64,000 bases of DNA from Candidatus Binatia bacterium (GTDB lineage: Bacteria; Desulfobacterota; Binatia; UBA12015). Of this stretch, positions 1-9,257 are shown piece after piece. How positions within the stretch are numbered: the stretch's first letter is position 1; each line of letters begins with the position of its first letter. The notes beneath the pieces are model-generated. The model saw nothing but the letters and a program-made list of their open reading frames with translations. It searched no databases and had not been told where the DNA came from. The position numbers were made by a program, and so were the translations under genes. Location: positions 40,374-104,373 of the forward strand of contig DASRFA010000050.1 of the NCBI GenBank assembly GCA_035651755.1. The letters run 5' to 3'.

Positions 1-1422
1 CGCGAACGAGTTCGGCAGCGGACGCTCGAGCAGGCGCTGGTATCGCGCGGGACCGAACACGTGGGCGACGTGCACGGGATCCGTCGCGGCGAAGGTCGCG
101 ATCGCCGCGGCGAGCGTGACGCCGATGAGGACCGCGGATAGCCGCCGCGCCGGCGCGGCCGCGCTCGCCACGGCGGCCGCCGGCGCGATCCATCCCAAGC
201 TCGACGCGAAGCTCGACGCCACCGCGTGCGCGGCGGGTACGATCGAGACGCCCACGATGCCGATCGCGATGCGCTGCCCCGCCGCCGGCAGGCGGAGCGC
301 TCGATCGAGGCCGATCGCGGCAAGCGACGATACCGCGAACGCGAACGGGTAGAAGAGCTTCATCGGCGCCGGAAAGGAGCTCAGGACGGGAATCGATCCG
401 AGCGTGGCGCGGAGGACGCCGCTCGCGAGCGCGGCGGCGGCGATCGCCACCGCCGCGAGCCAGCGCGCGGGCGCGCCGCCCCGCGCCGCGCCGAGCACTG
501 CGAGGACGGCGACGGCGGGCGCGATCCGGAACGGCGCCAGATCGTTCATCGGCAACGGTGCCAACGCGTCGGCCCAGTTCTCGAACCGCATCGACAGGCC
601 GGACATCGCCGCCAGCATCGGTCCGCTCTCGGGCCCGCTCCGGATCGAATCGCGCGCCATCGCGAGCGCCGGCAGGATCTGCGGCGCGGCGAGCCCGATC
701 GCCGCGCCGCCGATGGCGATCGCAGCGGCGACCCCGGTCGCGCGCCCGAGGGCACCGCCGCCGCGCCGCCCGACGCGGAAGGCCACCCACGCGAGCGCGG
801 CGGCGCCCGAGTAAAGGCCAAACTCGGGATAGCCGGCGTAGACCTGGGCCGCGAGCGCGACCGCCGCGAGCACGGCCACCGGAAGCGAAGGCGCGCGCGT
901 GAACGTCAGCGCAGCGCCGAAGAGCCACGGCCACCAGGAAAGCGCGGCCCAGTACTGAATCCAGCTCGCCGCCACCGCGACGAACGTCGGGCACGACAGC
1001 AGCAGCGCGACCCCTGCGACCGCCGGCGCTGCCGAGACCCCGAGGGCGCGGAGCCACCACGCGGCGCCCGCGGCGAGCCACACCAGGTGGAGGGCGACGT
1101 CGACGTCGAGCGCGCGGCGGTGGGGGAAGGGCGTCACCAGGAAGCCGACGAGGTGGGGCGGGTAGAGCGCGCCGACGACCGGGTCGCCGATCAGCGGCGA
1201 GCCGCCCCAGCGATCCCACGACCAGATCCGCAGCTGTCCGCTCTGCAGCCGACGCGCCACCTCGGAGAGCAAGGGATGCGTCAGCGTGAGGTTATCACCG
1301 CCGAGCGCGAACGGCGTGGGGCGGGCGAGGAGCCACAGCGAGACCGCGCACGCGATCGCGATCGAGCCCCCGACGGCGATTCGCAGGGCAGGGGTCGCCG
1401 AGCTCGAGGCGCGGCCGCGCAT
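1..1422 (-). CDS. Large polytopic membrane protein, YfhO/GT-C-like. The N-terminal ~474 aa lie in the window and the gene continues beyond the left edge.
   Basis: Minus-strand reading frame is open from the ATG at ~1422 to position 1. The translation is very hydrophobic (MRGRASSSATPALRIAVGGSIAIACAVSLWLLA...WSWDRWGGSPLIGDP...) and resembles YfhO-type membrane glycosyltransferases. It is absent from the ORF track because no stop lies in the window. Confidence 0.55.
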   Translation of the reverse strand, partial: MRGRASSSATPALRIAVGGSIAIACAVSLWLLARPTPFALGGDNLTLTHPLLSEVARRLQSGQLRIWSWDRWGGSPLIGDPVVGALYPPHLVGFLVTPFPHRRALDVDVALHLVWLAAGAAWWLRALGVSAAPAVAGVALLLSCPTFVAVAASWIQYWAALSWWPWLFGAALTFTRAPSLPVAVLAAVALAAQVYAGYPEFGLYSGAAALAWVAFRVGRRGGGALGRATGVAAAIAIGGAAIGLAAPQILPALAMARDSIRSGPESGPMLAAMSGLSMRFENWADALAPLPMNDLAPFRIAPAVAVLAVLGAARGGAPARWLAAVAIAAAALASGVLRATLGSIPVLSSFPAPMKLFYPFAFAVSSLAAIGLDRALRLPAAGQRIAIGIVGVSIVPAAHAVASSFASSLGWIAPAAAVASAAAPARRLSAVLIGVTLAAAIATFAATDPVHVAHVFGPARYQRLLERPLPNSFA

Positions 1423-1432
1423 GCCGTCGTTT

Positions 1433-2449
1433 CTAGCCCATCGGGTAGAGAATCTCGCGGGTGATCGCGTCGCACGCGGCGCGGAGTTCTTCCGGGAGCG
1501 TCGTTTCCGCGCCGCGGACGAGGTCGTCGAGCTGCTCGGGCCGTGTGGCTCCGACGATCGTCGACCCGACGAAGTCGTGCGCGAGCGTCCACGCGACGCC
1601 GAGGGTGACGAGCGGGAGACCGGCGTCGGCCGCGATCGCGGCGAAGCGCCGCGTCGACTCGAGGGTCTTCGCGTTCACGAAGCGGCGGGCCATCGCCTGC
1701 GTGCGCGGGCTGTGCTCTCGGTACCAGGTGAAGCGCGCGCCGGCGGGCCAGGCGCCGTCGAGGTACTTGCCGGACAGGACGCCGCCCGCGATCGGGCTGT
1801 AGGGAAGGAGGCTCACCTGCTCGCGCCGGCACACCTCCGCGAGCGCGTCCTCGAAGCGGCGGTTCAGGAGGCTCCAGTTGTTCTGGATCGTCTCGTAGCG
1901 CGGGAGCCCGTGCGCGTCGGCCGCCCAGAGGCTCTTCGTGAGGCCGTACGCCGTCTGGTTGCTGCAACCGATCGCGCGCACCTTGCCCTCGTCGACGACG
2001 CGCGCGAGCCCTTCGAGGGTCTCCTCGATCGGCAGGTCGGGATCCGGCCAGTGCGTCTGGTAGAGGTCGATGTAGTCGGTGCCGAGACGCGCGAGGCTCG
2101 CGTCCACGGCGCGCGCGATCGAGTGCCGGTCGAGCGCGGTGCGGCCGTTCCGGACCGGCGCCTGGAACCAGCCGCCGCCCGGCCCCGCGACCTTGGTCGC
2201 GACGAAGACCGCGTCGCGCGGCTTGCCGGCGAGCCACTTGCCGACGATCTCCTCGCTCCGCCCGGCCCAGCCGCGATCCGGCGGCACGGGATACACCTCG
2301 GCGACGTCGAGGAAGTCGATCCCGGCGTCGTACGCGCGGTCGAGGATCCGAAGGCTCGTCGCCTCGTCGGCCATCGAGCCGAACGTCATCGTGCCGAGGC
2401 AGATCTCCGAGACCACCAATCCCGAGCGCCCGAGCCGTCGCCGCTTCAT
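1433..2449 (-). CDS. Aldo/keto reductase (NADPH-dependent oxidoreductase).
   Basis: Internal ATG of ORF 1433..2806: MKRRRLGRSGLVVSEICLGTMTFG...DFLDVAEVY...AIGCSNQ. The AKR motifs are present and a GGAGGTGA RBS precedes the ATG. The upstream R-rich extension was rejected. Confidence 0.9.
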   Translation of the reverse strand: MKRRRLGRSGLVVSEICLGTMTFGSMADEATSLRILDRAYDAGIDFLDVAEVYPVPPDRGWAGRSEEIVGKWLAGKPRDAVFVATKVAGPGGGWFQAPVRNGRTALDRHSIARAVDASLARLGTDYIDLYQTHWPDPDLPIEETLEGLARVVDEGKVRAIGCSNQTAYGLTKSLWAADAHGLPRYETIQNNWSLLNRRFEDALAEVCRREQVSLLPYSPIAGGVLSGKYLDGAWPAGARFTWYREHSPRTQAMARRFVNAKTLESTRRFAAIAADAGLPLVTLGVAWTLAHDFVGSTIVGATRPEQLDDLVRGAETTLPEELRAACDAITREILYPMG

Positions 2450-2584
2450 CGTCACCTCCCTCGATCGCGAGCGCGCGAGCTTAGCGAATGCCCGCCGTGG
2501 CCTGCGAACAGTGTTCGATGCAATGTAACGCCCCGTACATCGGGCGTTCACGACCAACCCGCCCGCCGTGAAGGGAGGACGTAG

Positions 2585-3003
2585 ATGCCGACCGTGAAGA
2601 TCGTAGCGATCGCGCTGGCCGCACTCGTGATTGCCGTGCCGGCTTCGGCGCTCGACTGTGCTTCTACCCGACGTCACTGGTCTTCGTTGCGAAGAGCTAC
2701 AAGAGACCTTCGAGAGGGAAGTGCCGTTCGTTGACCGGATACGAGGGGTCGACGTCGGTTCCCCACGCGGCCACCGGGACGGCATGCTTGAACGCAGCCG
2801 GCACACAGCTCTACGTCAATTGGAACGTCCTGCGCGACGAAGGGACGGACATCGCATTCTACAGCGTGAGGATGAAGCTGCCCTATCCCTCCCTGACCGG
2901 TGGCTTCACCACGTTCTGCAGCAGCAGCGCGATCGCGGGGATCAATTGCGGCGCCAATTCCCCGGAGTCCGCCTTCCCGTGCGTGCCGGCGCCGCTCCCG
3001 TGA
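2585..3003 (+). pseudogene. Small secreted Cys-containing protein, apparently frameshifted. A signal-peptide ORF at 2585..2734 overlaps ORF 2731..3003 in the -1 frame.
   Basis: The ATG at 2585 encodes a textbook Sec signal peptide (MPTVKIVAIALAALVIAVPASA) and stops after 49 codons. The overlapping ORF encodes TGYEGSTSVPHAATGTACLNAAG...FTTFCSSSAIAGINCGANSPESAFPCVPAPLP. The region is about 60% GC against ~72% for its flanks. Confidence 0.4.
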
Positions 3004-3135
3004 CGAGAACGGTCGGCGCTGTATCGCTCGATTTCGGTTCGGACACGACCCACGGGCAGAGGTGACTTGTCGGCCGGCGGTCCGATCGCCATACTGCGCG
3101 CCGCCCGGCCTCTGCCGCGATCCCACCCAGGTTCG

Positions 3136-4656
3136 ATGACCGAAAGTTCCGAAGAGCTGCGCCGCCGCGCGCCCGACCCGACTTCCGGCGCCGCCGTCGT
3201 GATCGGCGGCGGCATCACCGGGCTCGCCGCCGCGCTCGTGCTGTCGGCGCGCTTCGCTCGCGTGACGATCCTCGAGCGCGATCTCGAGCCCGACGCCGCG
3301 ACCCCGCGCGAGGCTTTCGACGTCTGGCGGCGCCGTGGCGCCGTGCAGGTGCGGCACTCGCACGCCTTCCTCGGCCGCCTCCGGAACCTGCTGCGCGACC
3401 GCCACCCCGACCTGCTGGCCGCGCTCGTCGACGCCGGAGCGCGCGAGCTCCGCATGCTGGACTTCCCGCCCGTCACGCTCGGACCCGTCCCGCCGGAGCC
3501 GGGCGACGACGACCTCGTCATGCTCGGCTGCCGGCGCATCACGTTCGAATGGGTCCTCCGCCGGTACCTCCGGGCGCGTGCGAACGTCGACATCGTCGCG
3601 GGCGCGCTCGTCGACGGGCTCGTCGCCGAGCCCGGGGATCCGCCGCGCGTCACCGGCGTGCGGTTCAGGGTGGACGGGGACGCGCGCGAGCTCACCGCTG
3701 CCATCGTCGTCGACGCGAGCGGGCGTCAATCACCGGCGCCGCGCTGGCTCGAGGAGATCGGCGCGCGCGCACCGAGGGAGGAGACGGATCCCTCGGGCAT
3801 CGTCTACTACACGCGCTTCTATCGCCTGCGGCCCGGCGCCGAGGAGCCCGCGCCCGATCGCCATCCCGGCGCGGCCGACTACAACTGGATCAAGTTCGCG
3901 ATCTTCCCGACCGACGATCGCACGTTCTCGATCACACTGGCGGCGCCGCTCGCATTTCCCGAGATGAAGGTGCTCGCGCGCACCGCCGCGTTCGACGAGG
4001 TCGCGCGCTCGCTGCCGGCGGTCGCTCGCTGGATCGACCCGGCGCGCGCCGAGCCGATCGGCGATCCCGAGCGTCCCGTCCAGGCGATGGGCGGCCTCAT
4101 CAATCGCCTGCGGCGCTTCTGCGACGAGCGCGGGCCGCTGGCACTGGGCCTCTTCGCGCTCGGCGACGCCGCGTACTGCACCAACCCGCTCTACGGGCGC
4201 GGCTGCGCCCAGGGCTTCCTCCACGCCGAGATGCTGGGAGAGGCGCTCGACCGGCATGGCGCGGACCTCGCGGCCGCCGCGCGGGCGCTCGACGCCGCCG
4301 CCCGGCGCGAGATCGAGCCGTTCTACCGGGCGTCGGTGATCGCGGACCGCGAGGCGGTCCGCAAAGCCGAAGGTCGGCGATCGCGCAGCTGGCGCGCGCG
4401 CCTCGCGCAGCGCTTCTTCGAGGACGGCGTCGCGGTCGCGACGCGCTGCGATCCCGTCGTCTATCGCGCCTTCGTGCGCATGATGAACATGCTCGAGACG
4501 CCGGAGGTCGCGTTCGGGCGGAGGAGCGTGGTCCTGCGGTCGCTCCGCGTGTGGATGCGCGGGCGCCGGCGGAACCGGGCGTACGCGATCCCCGATGGAC
4601 CCGATCGCGCCGAGGTGCTCGCGCGCTGCGAACGAGCGCTCGCGCGCGAGACCTGA
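3136..4656 (+). CDS. FAD-dependent oxidoreductase/monooxygenase.
   Basis: Rossmann dinucleotide motif VVIGGGITGLAAALVL near the N-terminus. A 506-aa protein from the internal ATG at 3136; the ORF-track start is a TTG at 3067. Confidence 0.85.
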   Translation: MTESSEELRRRAPDPTSGAAVVIGGGITGLAAALVLSARFARVTILERDLEPDAATPREAFDVWRRRGAVQVRHSHAFLGRLRNLLRDRHPDLLAALVDAGARELRMLDFPPVTLGPVPPEPGDDDLVMLGCRRITFEWVLRRYLRARANVDIVAGALVDGLVAEPGDPPRVTGVRFRVDGDARELTAAIVVDASGRQSPAPRWLEEIGARAPREETDPSGIVYYTRFYRLRPGAEEPAPDRHPGAADYNWIKFAIFPTDDRTFSITLAAPLAFPEMKVLARTAAFDEVARSLPAVARWIDPARAEPIGDPERPVQAMGGLINRLRRFCDERGPLALGLFALGDAAYCTNPLYGRGCAQGFLHAEMLGEALDRHGADLAAAARALDAAARREIEPFYRASVIADREAVRKAEGRRSRSWRARLAQRFFEDGVAVATRCDPVVYRAFVRMMNMLETPEVAFGRRSVVLRSLRVWMRGRRRNRAYAIPDGPDRAEVLARCERALARET

Positions 4657-4715
4657 GCGCCGAGCCCCGCGGCTCGCGTGCGGTCGAGGTCATCCGCACG
4701 CGAGCCGCACGCGCG

Positions 4716-5504
4716 TCACTCCTGGCAGTAGATCGCGGGCGTCGACGTGCCCGAAAACGCCGTCGCGGCGTCGACCGCGCTCTGCGCGTTCGCCGGCGGC
4801 AAGCAGGCCGGGAGCTTCTGCATCTGGTCGAGGTCCGCGATCGCTGCCGCCGCGTGGTCCGAGATCTTGTCGAAGCAGCGCTGGATCTTGTCGAGGGTGT
4901 ACTGGTCGAGCGTGCCGCCGTTCCGGAGCGCGTACGACGCCGCCCTCGAGTAGCACTTGTCCGCGGACAGCTGCGCCTTGAGGACGATCTTCGCGACCTC
5001 GTTCTCGCCGATGACCTCGCGCTTCTCGTCCGGGATGTTGAACCCGGTGACGGGATCCGGCGCGGCGCTGTCGCCATCGCAATAGACGGCGCTCACGCTC
5101 GAAGCGTGCTGGTTGTCGACGGCCGTCTTCTGCGCGTCGATCCCGGTCTGGTCGAGGCAGGAGGGAGTGCCCTTCAGGAGGAGCCTGTCGCGATGGCCGG
5201 CGTACCAGTCGTTCGCGTACTGCACGCACCCCTGCCAGCTCGCCTGGATGTCGGGGACCTTGTGCTGGTTCTGCGGCGTGTACGCGAGCTGGAGGTTCAC
5301 GAGGGCGATCGCGTCGCACTTGACGCGCTTCTTCAGATAATCCCCGAGGAGCTTCTTGACGTACTCTTCCTGCTTGAGGACGTACTTGTCCGGGGCGACG
5401 AAGCCGCCGCTCGCGAACGGCGGGTTCGGAAGCGTGGTGGCGAAGCCGGCGGCGGGAACCAAAAGCAGAGCAAACCCACACGAAGCGACCAGGTGTCGCA
5501 GCAT
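4716..5504 (-). CDS. Secreted hypothetical protein, 8 Cys, Lys-rich, with a lower GC than surroundings.
   Basis: N-terminal signal peptide MLRHLVASCGFALLLVPAAGFA, a GGGAGGG RBS upstream, and protein-like composition with no recognisable domain. Confidence 0.75.
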   Translation of the reverse strand: MLRHLVASCGFALLLVPAAGFATTLPNPPFASGGFVAPDKYVLKQEEYVKKLLGDYLKKRVKCDAIALVNLQLAYTPQNQHKVPDIQASWQGCVQYANDWYAGHRDRLLLKGTPSCLDQTGIDAQKTAVDNQHASSVSAVYCDGDSAAPDPVTGFNIPDEKREVIGENEVAKIVLKAQLSADKCYSRAASYALRNGGTLDQYTLDKIQRCFDKISDHAAAAIADLDQMQKLPACLPPANAQSAVDAATAFSGTSTPAIYCQE

Positions 5505-5570
5505 GGCCGAACCCTCCCTGTCTTAGCCCCACCGAACGCATAGCTTCGCGCATGGGTTAGCGCAATCGCC

Positions 5571-5593
5571 AAAAAAATACGGCTGGGCAGCCG
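5571..5593 (-). terminator. Putative intrinsic terminator downstream of the STAND regulator gene.
   Basis: On the minus strand, just after the stop at 5604, the RNA reads CGGCUGCCCAGCCG (5-bp stem, 4-nt loop) followed by UAUUUUUUU. Confidence 0.45.
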
Positions 5594-5603
5594 AGCGCTG
5601 GCT

Positions 5604-8600
5604 TCACGCCGATTCGGACGCGAAAGCGGCCGCCTCGCGTGCGATCGCGCCCATTCCGAGCTCGCGTGCGAGGTTCTCCGCGTCGCGCGCGGCATCGCGC
5701 GCGGCGGCCGGAACGGCCCGCCGGCGGCCCGTCCGCGACCGCGCGGCGAGCGTCCGGGCCTGATCGAGGCGCGTGATCGCGAGCCAGGGGAGGGCCCCCA
5801 TACGGTCGTGCTCCGCGCGCGCCCGCTCGAGGAGCGCGGCCGCTTCGTCCCATCGCCCGAGTGTCCGCGCGAGGAGGCCGAGAGGCCGGGTGCCGTGGCC
5901 GAGCGACGCGAGGTTCGGCCCGACGCCGATCACGCGCTCCGCGTACGGCCGGAAGAGCGCTTCGAGCGTCGCGGCCGCGCGCTCGTCAGCGAGGCCGGCG
6001 CACACCTCCGCGGCGGTCGCGATGCAGATGAGCCACACGGAATCGCGCGCGATCTGCCGGAAGCCCTCGGCCGCCAGCACGTCGAGGTCGGCGCGCGCGC
6101 CGGCGACGTCGCCCGACCGCAGCCGGACGAGGGCGAGCGTCGCGCGCGTCGAGTGCTGGTCCGGGCTCCGCTCGATCCAGGCGCTGGCCATCGTCGCCGC
6201 TTCCGCGAGCCGTCCTTCGAGGACGCGCAGCTGGAGCCGCTGGACGCCGAAGACCGGGAGGACGTTCGGGTGGTCCATGCGCCGCCCGAAGGCGGCGGCG
6301 CGCCCGATCAGCCGATCCGCCTCCGCGAGCCGGCCGTCCTGCGCCGCGCGCAGCGCCGCCAGGCGGAGCGCGAACCAGCAGAACCACGGGATCCCCGCTT
6401 CGTCCGCGAGCGCCTCGAAGTCGGCGAGCGCCTCGCCCGCCTCCGCGACGTCGCCGGCCTCGTGCAGGTCGGCGATGCGCAGCAGCTGCAGGTCGAGGGC
6501 TTGCTCCTTCGTCGTCGCGCGCCGCGCCAGCTCGCCGAGGTGGGCGGCCTCGGAGCGCAGCTCGTCGACCGCTTCCCGGCCCGAGAAGCCCCAGCGCGTG
6601 TAGCGAAGCACGCCGAGCAGGACGTCGGGGTCGTCGAGCCCGCGCGCGATCGCGATCGCGTCGCGGGCGAGCGGCTCGCGCCGCTCGTGTGCGCCGGCGA
6701 TCGGCGACAGCGCCGCGTCGAGCCGCGCGAGCAGCAGCGCGCGCAGCGCGACGTCGGCGGGCGGCACGCCGTCGAGCGCCTCCTCGAGGAGGGCGACCAG
6801 TTCTTCGTCGACGCGCGACACGACGTGATGCCCGCGACCCATCCCGAGCGCGGCCCGCGCGAACAGGTCGTGCGCTTCGGCGGCGCGCGCGAGCTCCGCG
6901 GCGCGCGCGAAGGTCGCGCGCGCGTCGCCGAGCGCGCCGCTCCGCTCTTCGGCCTCGCCGAGCGCCACGAGGACGCGGCAGCGCTCGCGCAGCGGCGCTT
7001 CCGGTGCGTGCGCGAGCGCCTCGAGCGCGAGCCGATAGTGCGCCGCCGCCTCGGCGTGCGCGTGCACGCGCTCGGCGCGCTCCGCCGCCTTCAGCGAGTG
7101 CGCGATCGCGCGCTCGACGCCCGCGGCGCCGGCGTCGAGGAAGTGGCGCGCGGTCTCCGCCGGGCTCGCGCCGATTCGCTCCTGCCATTCGCCGATCGCG
7201 CGGTGGAGCGCGGCGCGGCGCGACGGTCCGAGGCGTGCATGCAGCACCTCGCGGTGGAGCGCGTGCGCGAACGCGAACCGGCCGGACACCTCGCCATCGG
7301 GCAGCGCGGCGCTCCCGAGCGAGCGCAGGAACTGCCCGCGGCGCGCCTCGCCTTCGCACACCACCTCGACCTGCGCCGGCGGCGCGTCGAGCGCGGCCGC
7401 GACGGCCGCTGCGGCGAACTCGCCGCCAGCGACGCTCGCCGCCTCGAGCACGCGCGCGTCGTCCGCCGACAATCGCTCGAGCTGCTGCTCGATCATCTGC
7501 CGGAGTCCCTCCGGCACCTCGTCCCCGAGCTTCGCGCGCGACACGCGCCACGACGCCGCGCCGCCCACGGCGGTGAGCCAGCCGCGCTCGAGCATCTGGT
7601 CGACGAGGCTCACGACGAAGAGCGGGTTGCCGGCCGTGCGCTCGAGGACGGCTTCGGCCAGGCCCGCCGGCAGGTCGCGGACCCCGAGCCGGCGCTCGAG
7701 GTAGAGCGCGACGTGGCCGCGCTCGAGGAAAGGAAGGCACAGCTCGGCGGCGAGGCGCTGCATCTCGAGCCGATGCTTGACGACCTTCAAAGGATGCCCG
7801 GTGACGATCACGTCGACCGGGCGGTAGGTGCCGACGACCAGGAGGCGCGCCGGCGCCCGGCGATGCGCGAGCAGGGACAGCACGTCGACCGTCGACGGAT
7901 CGCTCCAGTGGAGGTCCTCGAGCGCGAGCACGAGCGCGCGGTCCCGGGTGAGCGCCTCGAGAGCCTCGGCGAGCTCGCGCAGCATGCGCTCGCGGGTCGT
8001 GCCTTGGAGCTCGCGCTGGAGCGTCTCGCGATCGCTCGCGGAGAGGAGCCACGGGAGCTGCGTGAGCCAGGTCGGCGCGACGCGGCGGAGCGCGTCCGTG
8101 ACCGGCTCCGCGTCCGGGCCGCGCGCGAGCTGGGCGAGCGCTTCGAGGATCGGGAGGTAGGCCTCGCCGCCGCCGTGGTGCTCGAGGCACTGGCCGCGCG
8201 CGACGAGCGCGCAGCCGGACGGGATCGCGGCGAGGAAGGCGTCGACCAGCGAGCTCTTGCCGATCCCGGCCTCGCCGCTGACGAACACGATCCGGCGCCG
8301 ACCCGCGCTCGCGGCGCGGAGCGCTTCGGCGAGCTGCGACAGCTCGCGCTCGCGGCCGATCGGCGCCTCCGCCGCCGCGATCGCTTCGATCGCCGCGGAC
8401 GCAGCCGGGGTCGCGAGCTCGCCCGCGCGCGGACGCTTCGCGCCGGGCGCGCCGTCGGCGCCCGCGGCGAGCGCGCCGCCGTCGCCGACCGCGTCCGCGC
8501 GCACCTCCGCGATGAAGCGGTACCCTCGGCGGTGCACGGTCTCGATGAAGCGCGGCGCCTCCGCCTCGTCCTGGAGCAGGGCGCGGATCTCGCGCACGCG

Positions 8601-8810
8601 GACCTTGAGGACGCCGTCCGCGACGTACGTGTCCGGCCAGATCGCTTCCAGGAGCTCGTCCTTCGTCACGAGGCGGCCGGCGTGCTCGACCAGGTAGTGG
8701 AGGACCGCGAAGCTCTTGGGCGGCATCGCCAGGCGGCGATCGCCGTGCCAGAGCGATTCGTCGCGTACGTCGAGGCGGTAGGGGCCGAAGGCGAGGCGCG
8801 GACCGCCCAC
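5604..8810 (-). CDS. Large signal-transducing ATPase. An N-terminal OmpR/PhoB-type winged-helix DNA-binding domain is followed by a STAND/AAA NTPase and TPR-like repeats (AfsR/MalT-like regulator).
   Basis: N-terminus ...LAMPPKSFAVLHYLVEHAGRLVTKDELLEAIWPD...RGYRFIA is a trans_reg_C domain. The Walker A motif is VFVSGEAGIGKSSLV, the hhhhD Walker B is LVLALEDLHWSD, and a long Ala/Leu-rich helical repeat region fills the C-terminus. 1068 aa. Confidence 0.85.
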   Translation of the reverse strand: MGGPRLAFGPYRLDVRDESLWHGDRRLAMPPKSFAVLHYLVEHAGRLVTKDELLEAIWPDTYVADGVLKVRVREIRALLQDEAEAPRFIETVHRRGYRFIAEVRADAVGDGGALAAGADGAPGAKRPRAGELATPAASAAIEAIAAAEAPIGRERELSQLAEALRAASAGRRRIVFVSGEAGIGKSSLVDAFLAAIPSGCALVARGQCLEHHGGGEAYLPILEALAQLARGPDAEPVTDALRRVAPTWLTQLPWLLSASDRETLQRELQGTTRERMLRELAEALEALTRDRALVLALEDLHWSDPSTVDVLSLLAHRRAPARLLVVGTYRPVDVIVTGHPLKVVKHRLEMQRLAAELCLPFLERGHVALYLERRLGVRDLPAGLAEAVLERTAGNPLFVVSLVDQMLERGWLTAVGGAASWRVSRAKLGDEVPEGLRQMIEQQLERLSADDARVLEAASVAGGEFAAAAVAAALDAPPAQVEVVCEGEARRGQFLRSLGSAALPDGEVSGRFAFAHALHREVLHARLGPSRRAALHRAIGEWQERIGASPAETARHFLDAGAAGVERAIAHSLKAAERAERVHAHAEAAAHYRLALEALAHAPEAPLRERCRVLVALGEAEERSGALGDARATFARAAELARAAEAHDLFARAALGMGRGHHVVSRVDEELVALLEEALDGVPPADVALRALLLARLDAALSPIAGAHERREPLARDAIAIARGLDDPDVLLGVLRYTRWGFSGREAVDELRSEAAHLGELARRATTKEQALDLQLLRIADLHEAGDVAEAGEALADFEALADEAGIPWFCWFALRLAALRAAQDGRLAEADRLIGRAAAFGRRMDHPNVLPVFGVQRLQLRVLEGRLAEAATMASAWIERSPDQHSTRATLALVRLRSGDVAGARADLDVLAAEGFRQIARDSVWLICIATAAEVCAGLADERAAATLEALFRPYAERVIGVGPNLASLGHGTRPLGLLARTLGRWDEAAALLERARAEHDRMGALPWLAITRLDQARTLAARSRTGRRRAVPAAARDAARDAENLARELGMGAIAREAAAFASESA

Positions 8811-8875
8811 GCCCGTCGTTCTACCGGGACCGTGAAAAGGCGTTCAACCCTTCCTGCCAACGCCGCCGGCCCGAT

Positions 8876-8906
8876 CGTCACCGAATCGTGACCGGGCCGT
8901 CATGAC
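8876..8906. promoter_or_regulatory. Palindromic motifs in the promoter region of the STAND regulator and small ORF: GTCACcgaatcGTGAC and GTCATGAC.
   Basis: Read directly from the sequence: 5-bp inverted arms with a 6-nt spacer, immediately followed by a perfect 8-bp palindrome that overlaps the ATG at 8902. Confidence 0.3.
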
Positions 8907-8970
8907 TCGCCGGGCGGGCTCGCCCTATCGACGGGGCGTGAGGACCAAGGCGAAGGACGGAAGGGCCGGG

Positions 8971-9165
8971 ATGCTGCCGCCCGAGGCGGCCTTCGTGCTG
9001 CAGCTGCAGTCCGGGGCCGCCATCGCGGGCGATCGGCTCGTCGGACGGGTCGAGCACGTGAAGTCGGGCCGGGCCGCGCGCTTTCGCTCGATCGACGAGC
9101 TGCTCGTGTTCATTCGAGGGACGCTCGCGTCGGCCGATCGGAAGCCGTCGCTCGACGATCCATGA
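8971..9165 (+). CDS. Small hypothetical protein of ~64 aa.
   Basis: Internal ATG of ORF 8902..9165 preceded by GGAAGG: MLPPEAAFVLQLQSGAAIAGDRLVGRVEHVKSGRAARFRSIDELLVFIRGTLA... The composition is protein-like. It ends 90 bp before the SDR start. Confidence 0.4.
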   Translation: MLPPEAAFVLQLQSGAAIAGDRLVGRVEHVKSGRAARFRSIDELLVFIRGTLASADRKPSLDDP

Positions 9166-9257
9166 GGGCGGCGTCCCGCGCTCGCGAGGCCGGCATCGTG
9201 CGCACGGCGACGCGCCGCGGATTCGCCGGTCGCCGCCCTCGTGCTACGAGCCGCCGC

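Noticed and set aside
5808-8891. 1027-aa plus-strand ORF antisense to the STAND regulator, and similar long R/P/A-rich ORFs elsewhere (226..1464, 5986..8190, 13497..15440, 20655..22955, 55696..58443, 56647..58992, 53303..56596).
   Set aside because: Arg/Ala/Pro-rich, low-complexity translations typical of antisense or out-of-frame reading of ~72% GC DNA. They overlap well-supported genes on the other strand.
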